From contig JAUCBJ010004074.1 in NCBI GenBank assembly GCA_032718475.1, positions 3,984-67,983 of the forward strand: a stretch of 64,000 bases of DNA, written 5' to 3'. A program made the position numbers and the translations under genes. This DNA is from Nemertoderma westbladi. Taxonomy: Eukaryota > Animalia > Xenacoelomorpha. Each line of letters begins with the position of its first letter. Position 1 is the first letter of the stretch. Below the pieces are notes generated by a model. The model saw only the letters and a program-made list of their open reading frames with translations, was not told where the DNA came from and made no database searches. Below are positions 1 through 10,960 of the stretch, in pieces.

Positions 1-190
1 GTTAGACCTACAGTGTTAGACCTACAGGTATTAGGCTACCTGCCATACCTGCATACCGGTACTGAAGAAATATACTGCAGTACAGACTGTACTACACCAC
101 ACCAGCACACCACAACTACTGCACTACCGCAGTACCGTTCTGCCGTTACCGGTACCGAACAACCAGACTACATTCATTCACATTGCAGCA

Positions 191-1894
191 ATGGACCGGG
201 AGCAACTGGAACGAGAGTTCGAATGTTCCGTATGTCTACGACTTTTACATCAGCCTCGACTTTTGATCAACTGCTCCCACTGTTTCTGTTACAAATGTAT
301 CGTAAAATTTTCTAAACAACGCGGTGATGGATTTTCGTTGGAATGTCCTCGTTGTCGGAACCCCACCGAGGTAGAGAAACTGGATTCTTTGCCGACAGTA
401 GGTCATGTCGTCACCATGATTGATATGATTCGAAAAGAAAAAACATGCGACGAGTGCAGAAAAAACAAAGGAACGAATCCCTGCGAACGTTGCGACACCG
501 AATTGTGCAGAAAGTGCGAACTTTACCACGTCTGTGACGTCAATCCACCTAATTCGGGAGCAGCTGGAGAACCGACGCCGACGGGATGCTGGTATAATGA
601 CGTAGATCTCGATAAACAAGGAGCTGTTGGTGGATCTAAAGAACCGGATCCCGATCTGTGCCTAACCCACGGTCTAAACATACGCCATTATTGCGAGAAA
701 TGCGAATGTGTTGTTTGTCGCCAATGTCATTCCGTTGACGATGTTTCTAAAGATCACGAGGTCGGGTATACGAACGAAGTCTGTAATTCAATCAAACGAA
801 ACTTAGTAGAAGGTCCGGGACAGTTGAGAACACGATTGGAGACTAAACTATCAGTGTTGGAAGGAATTCTGGGGGATTTAGAGGACGTCACTAAAGTTTC
901 AACCGACGACATCCGCAAACACTTCCAATATTTATACAACGAATTAAAAGCAGCTGAAGATACAATGATGAAGCAGGTCCGGGATTTAAATACCAAAGCG
1001 GCGGGAAAAATATCAGCAGCGCAGGAAATTCTCTCTAATATCGAAATTCCTAAAGAAAACGAATATTATAAGAAGATAAAGAATTCCGAGTTGATCAAAG
1101 AAATAGCGGAAGCCAAGAAGATCCTAAAGAAATACAAAGAAATCGAGCAGCGGATTTCTGAGATCGAAGTTGTAGAGGTACCGGAAATTCGTTTCGTTCC
1201 GGTCGAGTTACAGAAGGACCTGGAAGGGATTACCGGCCGCGTCGATATTATAGATAGCGGCGATGGAGGAGAGAAGATGGCGGTTCCAGTAGAAGAACTG
1301 GAGGTTGAGAAACGTTTTGACCTCCGCCAATACGAAGATATTTTATTAAGAGATCCGCCGCTAAAGGAAACATGTCGGATCGACTGTCGGAGAATGGGAA
1401 TCGGTAAAGTCGGTACCATTGGTGGTCGTTATAGGAAACTGGGGATAACCGATTCCGTAACTAACAGGGTTTATATTTACGAATTCAACGACGACGAGTC
1501 TTTATCTTTACGTGGTGAACCTATTATTATAGAACGCGACTGCAACGCCGAAAAGAAACAGATTAAGTTTCTAGATAATTACTACGAGGAAACCTGGATC
1601 GCCGCAACGGAAGAATGTGTATTTGTAATAAACACAGACGAAGGTGATGTCAAACATTTGTGTCTTGGTAAAGAGAGATACCGGGGTCAACCAATAGGCC
1701 CAATGGTCGGTATCCATGGTGATTATCTGCTAACGTCAAACAACTGCGTGATTAAACTGGACCGGCGCGATTGTTCTAAGGAATGGATATCCCGTATCGA
1801 AGAACCCGGGAAACTCCTTCCCAGCTGTAGTTCACTGGGCTATTTATACGTCGGATTATTCCAACCTAACGAACATAAATTATCCCTATGTTGA
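191..1894 (+). CDS. Intronless TRIM-type (RBCC) protein, copy 1, C-terminally truncated
   Basis: C3HC4 RING (CSVC..CSHCFCYKC..CPRC), B-box1 (CDEC..CERCDTELCRKC..HVC), B-box2 (CLTH..YCEKCECVVCRQCH..H), coiled coil, then a beta-rich (NHL/propeller-like) region. It ends where copy 2 continues for ~105 more codons. Confidence 0.85.
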   Translation: MDREQLEREFECSVCLRLLHQPRLLINCSHCFCYKCIVKFSKQRGDGFSLECPRCRNPTEVEKLDSLPTVGHVVTMIDMIRKEKTCDECRKNKGTNPCERCDTELCRKCELYHVCDVNPPNSGAAGEPTPTGCWYNDVDLDKQGAVGGSKEPDPDLCLTHGLNIRHYCEKCECVVCRQCHSVDDVSKDHEVGYTNEVCNSIKRNLVEGPGQLRTRLETKLSVLEGILGDLEDVTKVSTDDIRKHFQYLYNELKAAEDTMMKQVRDLNTKAAGKISAAQEILSNIEIPKENEYYKKIKNSELIKEIAEAKKILKKYKEIEQRISEIEVVEVPEIRFVPVELQKDLEGITGRVDIIDSGDGGEKMAVPVEELEVEKRFDLRQYEDILLRDPPLKETCRIDCRRMGIGKVGTIGGRYRKLGITDSVTNRVYIYEFNDDESLSLRGEPIIIERDCNAEKKQIKFLDNYYEETWIAATEECVFVINTDEGDVKHLCLGKERYRGQPIGPMVGIHGDYLLTSNNCVIKLDRRDCSKEWISRIEEPGKLLPSCSSLGYLYVGLFQPNEHKLSLC

Positions 1895-2509
1895 TTATAA
1901 TCCCTAAGCTACATCCCTAAGCTGATTCTTGGCTTGACAAATATGTACTAGACTACAAGTTGCGACTTTATGAGGAGGTTGATCGGCCAGCAGTTCTTCA
2001 GTCAACTGTCACTGTCAACAATTCTGACGAGTTGCCAAGGCATATAGAAACTAAAACGTATTGCATATAGTGATTAATATAAAAGTAAATTGAGTTTATT
2101 GGAGTAAATATTCAAATATTATAATATATTTCGAACCGACTGGCGGCGCTTCATCAGATACAAGTTATAACGATTAAAAAGGAACACAAAACTGCAAAAT
2201 TGTGGTAAAATACAGAGATAGGATTACCGGTATTTCTGTACGAAACTCGTAGTAACAGTTTACTTTGTATTAACTTCTTATTAATTATTGTTATTAAATG
2301 TATTAATTTCATATTAACTTGTTATTTATTACCTTCATGTTAGATAATCAATTAATAATCGATAGTCAACTTATAAATTATTATTTTCGCGCAACATTAA
2401 AGAAATTGACCTTCTTTCTTTTTGTAATTTTAATCGCATTATGATAGAGTGATATTATTATTTCTGTGTTCTACTGTAAATTTATTTTAATTTATTTATT
2501 ATTTAAGCC

Positions 2510-2800
2510 AGGAGTTTTCCACACCCTTAATACGTAAGTCAGTCCGTTCAGAAATGTCAAGGGCTTTATTAACGTAGATAGCGGTGCCACCTCGATGGAG
2601 CCTACCAGTAGTTCTATTGTGGAAGAAAGGGTCACAGTATCCAAGGGAATCTAAGTTCAAAATGTCAGTTAAGTCGCCGTCACTAATAAATGTCTCGGTG
2701 AAAGTGAGGATGTCAAATTTAGCAGTGACATTGAGTAGGAAATCAGTTATAGCTGGTAGGTTAGCAGGAAGACTACGGCAATTTAAGTTAAACTTGGATT
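2510..2800 (-). mobile_element. LINE (CR1/L2-like) APE endonuclease fragment
   Basis: Minus strand translates FNLNCRSLPANL..FDILTFTETF..RGGTAIYVNK, the N-terminal motifs of a non-LTR APE domain. Confidence 0.7.
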
Positions 2801-3359
2801 TTTGCAGTCAGACTTGATCTGTTTGATATCGCCATGGAGGTCAGGAAGGCATTGTAGAAGTTTAGGGCCACATTCCTTCCACGAACCGCTGGTTGGTAAA
2901 TCGATCTCTGATTCGGACTCGCTCATATTCCTTAATTAACTGGCGAGAATTTAATATTGTAATGATTCTTCTGTCTAAGAGCTGAAGCGAGGATTTAATG
3001 CTAATCGAGACACCGTGAACGGTACCGGTAGTTAAACGCGTCCAGATAGCAGACTGTTTGGACTCTAGGACAAGGCCATCTAAATTATTGGTAAATTAAA
3101 TGTCAAATACAAAATGGATAATCTACCGAGGCGATGTAATAGATGCCGCCACTATATCGAATCGTGGTTCTCATCACGTACCTACCGCGGGCGATACTAG
3201 CGTACCTAATACACACTCAGCGCGAACGTTTTACAGATCGAATGGCCCCGCATCTAATCGACAGAATGACAATAGACGATCACCAATTGAGCGTGTCCTT
3301 CATTCCCCCTACTCAACTGGATGAGGGACAGTCAGATTGACTGTTGCAATACACAATAC

Positions 3360-4340
3360 CAGTAACGGTTGCTGCTTGGTCCCCTGCACCCATAACCATC
3401 GCTGCTGCGTCCCCCGCACCCACAGCCGTCGCTGCTGGGTCCCTCGAATCCACAGCCATCGCTGCTGGGTTCCCCCCGCACCCACATATGTTGCTGCTGG
3501 GTCCCTCGAATCCACAGCCATCGCTGCTGGGTCCCCCGCATCCACAGCCATCGCTGCTGGGTCCCCCTCATCCACAGCCATCGCTGCTGGGTCCCCCGCA
3601 CCCATAACCGTCGCTGCTGGGTCCCCCGCACCCACAACCGTCGCTGCTGCGTCCCCCACACCCACAACCGCCGCTGCTGGGTCCCTCGTATCCACAGTCA
3701 TCGCTGCTGGGTCCCCCGCACCCACAACCGTCGCTGCTGGGTCCCCCACACCCACAACAGTTGCTGCTGGGTCCCCCGCACCCACAACCGTCGCTGCTGC
3801 CTCCCCCACACCCACAACCGCCGCTGCTGGGTCCCTCGTATCCACAGTCATCGCTGCTGGGTCCCCCACACCCACAACAGTTGCTGCTGGGTCCCCCGCA
3901 CCCACTACCGTTGCTGCTGGGTCCCCTGCACCCACAACAGTTGCTGCTGGGTCCCCCACACCCACTACCGTTGCTGCTGGGTCCCCCGCACCCACTACCG
4001 TTGCTGCTGGGTCCCCTGCACCCACAACAGTTGCTGCTGGGTCCCCCACACCCACTACCGTTGCTGCTGGGTCCCCCGCACCCACTACCGTTGCTGCTGG
4101 GTCCCCTGCACCCACAACAGTTGCTGCTGGGTCCCCCACACCCACTACCGTTGCTGCTGGGTCCCCTGCACCCACTACCATCGATGCTGGGTCCCCCGCA
4201 CCCACAACCGTCGCTGCTGGGTCCCTCGCATCCACAACAGTCGCTGCTGGGTACCTCACATCCACAACCGTCGCTGCTGGGTCCCCCGCATCCACTACCA
4301 TCGCTGTTGGGTACCACTCACCCACACATGTTGCTGTTGG
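3360..4340 (+). repeat. 30-bp coding minisatellite (~33 units, TTVAAGSPAP)
   Basis: Tandem cccacaaccgtcgctgctgggtcccccgca-type units, in frame with the downstream APE domain. Confidence 0.95.
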
Positions 4341-5349
4341 GTCCACAACCGCATCTAATTCAACCACTGCCGTCCCAACTCTGTTGTTATACAACACTCG
4401 TAGCCTTCTAAATCTACACAGGCGATGCAAACTGGCAAATTCAATTCTGATCCGAGACTACAATATAATATGCATAACTGAAACTTGGCTTACTCCTAAG
4501 ATACTCGATAGCGAATTATTCCTCACTGGTTACAACTTAATACGTACGGAGCGTAGCTCAAAATTTGATTGTATCTCAACACATGGAGGTGTCCTTATTG
4601 CTCTACAAAATGGAATTAACTACACGCCAGAATATATTAATGGTGCTTCTGATAGAGTATCAAGTTCAGTTACTGCCTGTTTGTGCAATATTAGCAGTTT
4701 AACATATTTACTTGTATGTATATACAACCCACCTGACAAAAGCCCATACCGCTTAGAAGTTGCTGATTTTTACAAATTACTAGACTACATAATAACATTT
4801 AAGGATCACGTTGACGACGTGATCATATGTGGGGATATCTTATCTTAAATCTAAATTTAATTATTAAACATCTGGATTATTGGTAATGACGATCACACCT
4901 ACAAGGAGAGACTCATAATATTAAACATTCTACCGATCTCATTATACTTACAATTATCCGACACACTAACCTTGTCAAAGATAATAAATAATAAATACGA
5001 CATTGACTGGTCGCCACATCTAAAGATGAAGCAAACAAACCTCAGAAGAAACACTCGTAGCGCTAACCGAACCTCGTTTGATCTCACACACCCCCTAAAG
5101 TGCATATCAAAGCAAAATTTCTGCTTTCGCGCACCACAATTGGCAAATCAGCTTCCCCTTCAGACAGAGTATTTTAATCACGTTGGTTTAAAGGCGCGCC
5201 TATTGAATCTGTTCTGGGCCCACTTTCACCAACATTACGATGTTGACATCACTTGCAGTTGGAAAATTAACTGTGACTGTACACAGATGAACTGCAACCT
5301 CCGCATATTGAACCTTAACAACTTACTCACTTGATTTTATTACTTGCTA

Positions 5350-5700
5350 AAATATTTATATTTTCATCACTTGCTCTGTTGCTGTATTTATAATTTTATC
5401 ACCTGCTGTACCTTCTGTTGATGTATATACAGTATATTTTCATGACTTGCTCTGTTGCTGTATTTATAATTTTATCACTTGCTGTATATATACGTCTGCT
5501 GTTGCTGTATATATATATTTTTATCACCTGCTGTACCTTGTGTTGATGTATATATATTTTCATCACTTGCTCTGTTGCTGTATTTATAATTTTATCACTT
5601 GCTGTATATATACGTCTGCTGTTGCTGTATATATATTTTTATCACTTGCTGTATATATATTTTTATCACTTGCTGTATACATATATTTTTTATTTATCAC
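5350..5700 (+). repeat. AT-rich degenerate tandem repeat (atcacttgctgtatatatatttt-type)
   Basis: Recurrent ttttatcacttgctg(t/c) units in the LINE 3' region. Confidence 0.75.
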
Positions 5701-6238
5701 TTTCAGTACGTACATTGCACAACATATGAACAAACATGATTAAACATAAATATATTTTAATTTTCTCGGATAACGAATACTGGATTGATTTTATTTTAAT
5801 AGTGCTACTCAGTCTAAATTGTATATTTTTGTTAGTCTCCATGAATTACGTTTTTATTTCAGGGGGCGACCCCTACACTATGTGTAAATCCTTAATAATA
5901 ATAATAATAATAATAAAATAACAGGCCATGACAAGGACCTAGCCTGCAAAATTATCGTAGACTGACTGCTGAATTATCAAATATTATATTTTCCACGAAT
6001 GCAGGGTCCATATTTAAAAGAAGATAAGTAGATTTTCGTAAATAATTTAATTCAAACTGTATTTAATAATGAATGAATTAATTAATTATTGCTCGAGTTC
6101 ATGCAGCTTTTATTTGTTTGTGGCTGTCTCTGACTATGTTTGTGGCAGGGATGTTTTGAACGCTAATAAGTCGGTCAATCATGGATGAAATGGAACCAAA
6201 CTTGGTACACTTGTAGTCTACCAAAAGGGTATAAATTC

Positions 6239-7210
6239 GGAAGCAGGACAATTCGGTCCCGGACAATTCGGTCCGGACAATTCGGTCCCGGACTATTCGG
6301 TCCGGGACAATTCGGTCCCATTAATTTTGTGTTTTGGGACCGAATTGTCCGGGACCGAATTGTCCGGATACTGTCTAGGACAATACGGTCCCAAAACATG
6401 CATATTAATGGGACCGAATTGTCCGGGACCGAATTGTCCTGGACCAAATTTAATTGGTACTACTGTAGTATATAATGGTGAATGTTCTAGAACCTTAATA
6501 TATATTATTATATGGTAGCTAGTGTTTTCTTTACTAGCTAATATTTTTTTGAAAATAAAAAAAATTTCACTTTTTTTTGTTAACATTATTAGTTATGGTA
6601 GCTATGGTGTTTTTATGGAGCTTGTGAATTATCTACTAGCTAGTAATAGTATGTATTTAAAATGTTTAAAACTGATTTTTTTTATATATTGCGTATGTAT
6701 ACTGTACGTTGTTGGTTGGTTAACAAGCCTAAATTATTATCCTAGATAATAGCTGAATCTCATTCAGGGACTGTTATAATATCATCAATATTGTTGGTAA
6801 TTAATATAATCAGCAACAGTTAGGCCTAATTCTGAAATATCAATGTTTTCACAAGTGTTTTTTTTAATTTAAAGGAAATGCTAGCTAGTAAAAAAAACAC
6901 TAGCTACACCTTAATAAATAATATATAATAATGTTCTCGAACACTACCAATAACAAAAAAAAAATACCGTATTTTTTAAATTTCAAAAAATTATAGCAAG
7001 TAAATAACACTAGCTACCATAAAAAAATATCTCTACTAATGTTCTAGAACATTCACCAATATCAAAAAAGCACTAAAAAATTGCTATTCTGACAATCCGG
7101 ACAATTCTGTCCCGGTCAATTCGGTCCCGGACAATTCGGTCCCATTTATTTAGTGTTTTGGGACCGAATTGTCCGGACCGAATTGTCTGGGACCGAATTG
7201 TCCTACATCC
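6239..7210. mobile_element. Non-autonomous Mutator/Foldback-like element with 9-bp TSD
   Basis: TATAAATTC at 6230-6238 and 7211-7219. Termini GGAAGCAGGACAATTCGGTCCC and the reverse complement of GGATGTAGGACAATTCGGTCCC. Tandem ggacaattcggtccc subterminal arrays in both orientations. Confidence 0.85.
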
Positions 7211-8727
7211 TATAAATTCTACACAGAGAAAGACTTCTATAGTTCCTCTGTCTGCCGCTAGAGGGCGAATTTACAGAATTTAGTAGTAGTTACCTAAGAG
7301 CATTGCTTAATTAGAAATTCTGCAGAGACTTTTACAGTTCCTGTTTGCCGCTAGGGGGGGAATTGTTAGAGCTCCAGTCCAACGTGCTTAGCACGGTTTA
7401 ATAAACAATAAATTAATTATTTTATTCAATACAGTAATTATAACAGTATAATGCAATGTATTTTTTAGTGATAAATCAAGAGACATGAGGGGGGGGGGGG
7501 AGACTGGACGCAAATCCCATCTTGGCGAATTAATATCCCGCCTCAATGTTAATTTCTCAATTTAGGGAAAGGAGCAGGTGGCACGATATTTTAACCAAAA
7601 CAATAAACTAAACACAATAGAACAGGTTACAGTTTTATTTTTGAGAGTAATCAACTGTTATTTCTATTTGCGTCCAATTACTCTGGAGAGGGATACATTT
7701 TTATTTTATTTGTTTAAATAATCAAATGGCACTAGACTGAGCCCAGTCAGCCAGTTGTTAATAATATAAAAATATCGGCTGTAAAGTGTAAATACAGTTT
7801 TACACAAGATGACAGGGGCGTTACATCCTGTTGTATAAGAAATATAAAAATGTAACACAAAATACAAGACTATCGGCTAATCGGGAGGAATAACTAAACC
7901 TCCCCGACTGTAGTTCTCCAATAATTACCATGATTATTATTCACAAAATAAGTATCATCGTGGTCTCTTTGAATACTACCGGTACCTGGTATTTGCGCTT
8001 CACCACTTCATCAATGTCGACTTCTTCCAATTCCGAGTATAAATACACAACAATAACAAAAAAACATAATTATAAACAGATCAGAGCTATCGGTATCTCC
8101 GCCCAACACGTCAACCAAGTCTCTATCCGCCTCGAGCATCGAGAATACGAGAAACTCGATCGAAATACCTGCTTATCCCAGTATCCGTCCGTAGTCACCG
8201 GACCGCTGCGGTTTACTCCCGTATACCAGTAGAATTCCCGCAGCTTCCGACACAATTCAACAACGAATTCGCCTCACACTTTCGCGTCGCAGAGAACGTA
8301 ATCCAGTGCGATACACGTCTGCCCGACGTTCAACCATTTACCCCAGGCGATCCCAGGATCCGGGCCGCCACTAAACTCAGATCGCAATCCTCGTCGAGTC
8401 TCTGCCCTGTCTCTGAGTGTAGTAAATACCCAAATAAAATCGTACTGACAAACAAGCAATTCCGTAGTATTCCTCCGTTAATCACCTCTTGTAGCAACTC
8501 GGCTGCTCGGGTCCAGACCAGATACATCGGACTGTCGGAAGCGTTTCAGCAGTAATGGAGCTGCATTTGCAGATTTGCGAATATTTCCAATGCTGCAATG
8601 GTTTTATAATAAATAAGGGGATTCATATAATAAGGGGATAATGGCCTTGCTCTAGGTCTACTTTACGACATCACCGTACAGCAGTAAACTCTTACTCATG
8701 TCAATGAGTAAGCTCTTACTCTTATCA

Positions 8728-9230
8728 TGTGGGACGAGCCACGAAGTTGGCGGAGCCTTAGCGAATTGACACTGTTAGGGGGTGGGTCAATTTATGCAAA
8801 TAGTTGTCGTCGTCGTCGTCGTCGTCGTTGTCGTCGTCGTCGTTGTCGTCGTCGTTACGATTTTGACATGCTAATAACTTTGTCGGATTTAAAGCTGCCT
8901 AGTTGAAAATTTGTAGGTATCAATATGAGCAAAAGTTGAGATTTTTGAGAGACTTTCAGACACCATCAGTGCAATGGTCTCCCGCTAGAGGGCCACATGT
9001 CTAAACATTAAATGCCCTCCCATTTCTTTGCTTTTAATCCGTTTAAGCTGAAACTTGGCAGATATGTATTAGACCATTAGCTGTGACTTTCAAAGGAGGC
9101 GAATCCATCTGCAGTTCTCCAGTCTGCCGCTAGAGGGCCAACGTGACTATTTGCATAAATTGACCTACCCCCTAACAGTGTCAATTCGCTAATGCTCTGC
9201 CAACTTCGTGCTGCGCGAAGTCCCCACTTC
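8728..9230. mobile_element. Non-autonomous element with long inverted repeats and a (GTC)n microsatellite (HINE/DINE-1-like)
   Basis: ~75-bp inverted repeat 8728-8803 / 9148-9227, (GTC)n at 8805-8855. Related GTGGGGCGAGCCAC ends occur at ~12501 and 42880-43050. Confidence 0.6.
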
Positions 9231-9376
9231 GTGTATTGTAGGTGTAGAAGTGGAAGTGGCCTAGAAGGGGCTACAAATACTGTATGTGGATTATTTGTCC
9301 TATTGGAGACTTTGTCATAATGATTTGACATTCAATACCATCTAATCTGAGACTACCTGTGTATAGTGCCGCGAAC

Positions 9377-10960
9377 GCAACGGGTAACCCGTGGATTCCA
9401 TCCAACCCGTAGACCCAACCGGTAACCCATGGGTTCCATGCAACCCGTCAACACAATGGGTAACCCGAGGGTTCCATCCAACCCGTAGACCCAACCGGTA
9501 ACCCATGGGTTCCATGCAACTCGTCAACGCGAATGAGCAACCCGTGGATTCTATTCAACCCTTCAACCCTACGGGTAACCCGAGGATGCCATCCAACCCG
9601 TCAACACAACGGGTAACCCGTAGATTCCATCCAACCCATCAACCCAACGGGTAACATGTGGATTCCATCCAACCCCTCAACCCAACGGGTAACCCGAGCA
9701 TTCAATCCAACCTGTCATATCAAAGGGTAACCCGTGGATTCCATCCTACCCATCAACAGAATAGGTAACGCGTGGATTCTATCCAACCTGTCAACACAAC
9801 GGGTAACCCGTGAATTCCATCCAACCTGTCAACACAACGGGTAACCCGTGAATTCCATCCAACCTGTCAACACAACGGGTAACCCGTGAATTCCATCCAA
9901 CCCCTCAACCCAACGGGTAACCCGAGCATTCCATCCAACCTGTCAACACATCGGGTACCCCGTGGATTCTATCCAACCCGTCAACCCAACGGGTAACTCA
10001 AGGATTTCATCCAACCCGTCAACACAACGGGTAACCCGTAGATTCCATCCAACCCATCAACCCAACGGGTAACATGTGGATTCCATCCAACCCGTCAACC
10101 CAATGGGTAACCCGCAGGTTCCATCCAACCCGTCAACCCAGCTGGTAACCCATGGGTTCCATCCAACCCTTAGACCCAAAGGGTAACCTACGGGTTCCAT
10201 GCAACCCGCAGACCCCAAGGGTAACCCATAAGTTCCATGCAACTCATAGACCCAAAGGGTAACCCACGGGTTCCATCCAGCCCGTAGACCCAAAGGGTAA
10301 CCAAGGGGTTCCATCCAACCCGTAGACCCAAAGGGTAACCCATGGGTTCCATACAACCCATAGACACAAATGGTAACCCATGGGTTCCATTCAACCCGTA
10401 GACACAACGCCTAACCCATGGGTTCCACGCAACCCGTCAAACCAACGGGAAAACCATGGGTTCTATCCAACCCGTAGACCCAACGAGTAACCCATGGGTA
10501 CCATGTAACCCGTAGACCCAACTGGTAACCCATGGGTTCCATCCAAACCGTAGACCCAAAGGGTAACTCACGGGTTCCATCCAACCCATAGACCCAACGG
10601 GTAACCCATGGGTCCCATGTTACCCGTAGACCCAACGGATTAAACATGGGTTCTATCCAAACCGTAGACCCAAAGGGTATCCCATGGGTTCCATCCAACC
10701 CGTCAAACCAAACGGGGGTAACCCATGGATTCCATCCAACCCGCTGACCCAGAGGATAACCCATGGCTTCAATGCAACCCGTCAACCCAGCTGGTAACCC
10801 ATGGGTTCCATCCAACCCTTAGACCCAAAGGGTAACCCACGGGTTCAATGCAACCCGTAGACCCTACGGGTAACCCATGGGTTCTATGCAATTCGTCAAC
10901 CCAACGGGTAACCCATGGGTTCTATCCAACCCGTAGTCCCAGCAGTTTCGGGTTCCATCC
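9377..10960. repeat. 38-bp satellite with palindromic core (ACGGGTAACCCGT)
   Basis: ~40 tandem units of aacccaacgggtaacccgtggattccatccaacccgtc; period 38 (e.g. 9781 vs 9819). Confidence 0.95.

Larger units (their letters stand above)
3337..5916 (+). mobile_element. Internally deleted CR1/L2-like LINE: repeat plus APE joined to the ORF2 C-terminus, 3' UTR and (TAA)n tail
   Basis: YNTRSL, ICITETWL, GGVLIA, IYNPP and ICGD are APE motifs (4380-4840). They are followed at once by ORF2 C-terminal-like sequence (ILPISLYLQLSD..SKIINNKY..NFCFRAPQLANQLP). No RT core. (TAA)n at ~5893-5916. Confidence 0.75.

Noticed and set aside
3309-4430. Cys/Gly-rich, Val-rich and Pro/Leu-rich ORFs in other frames
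   Set aside because: Alternate-frame readings of a stop-free 30-bp repeat.
9377-10960. CRISPR-like periodicity
   Set aside because: Contiguous 38-bp units with no unique spacers, no cas genes and a eukaryotic context. The ORFs here are repeat artefacts.
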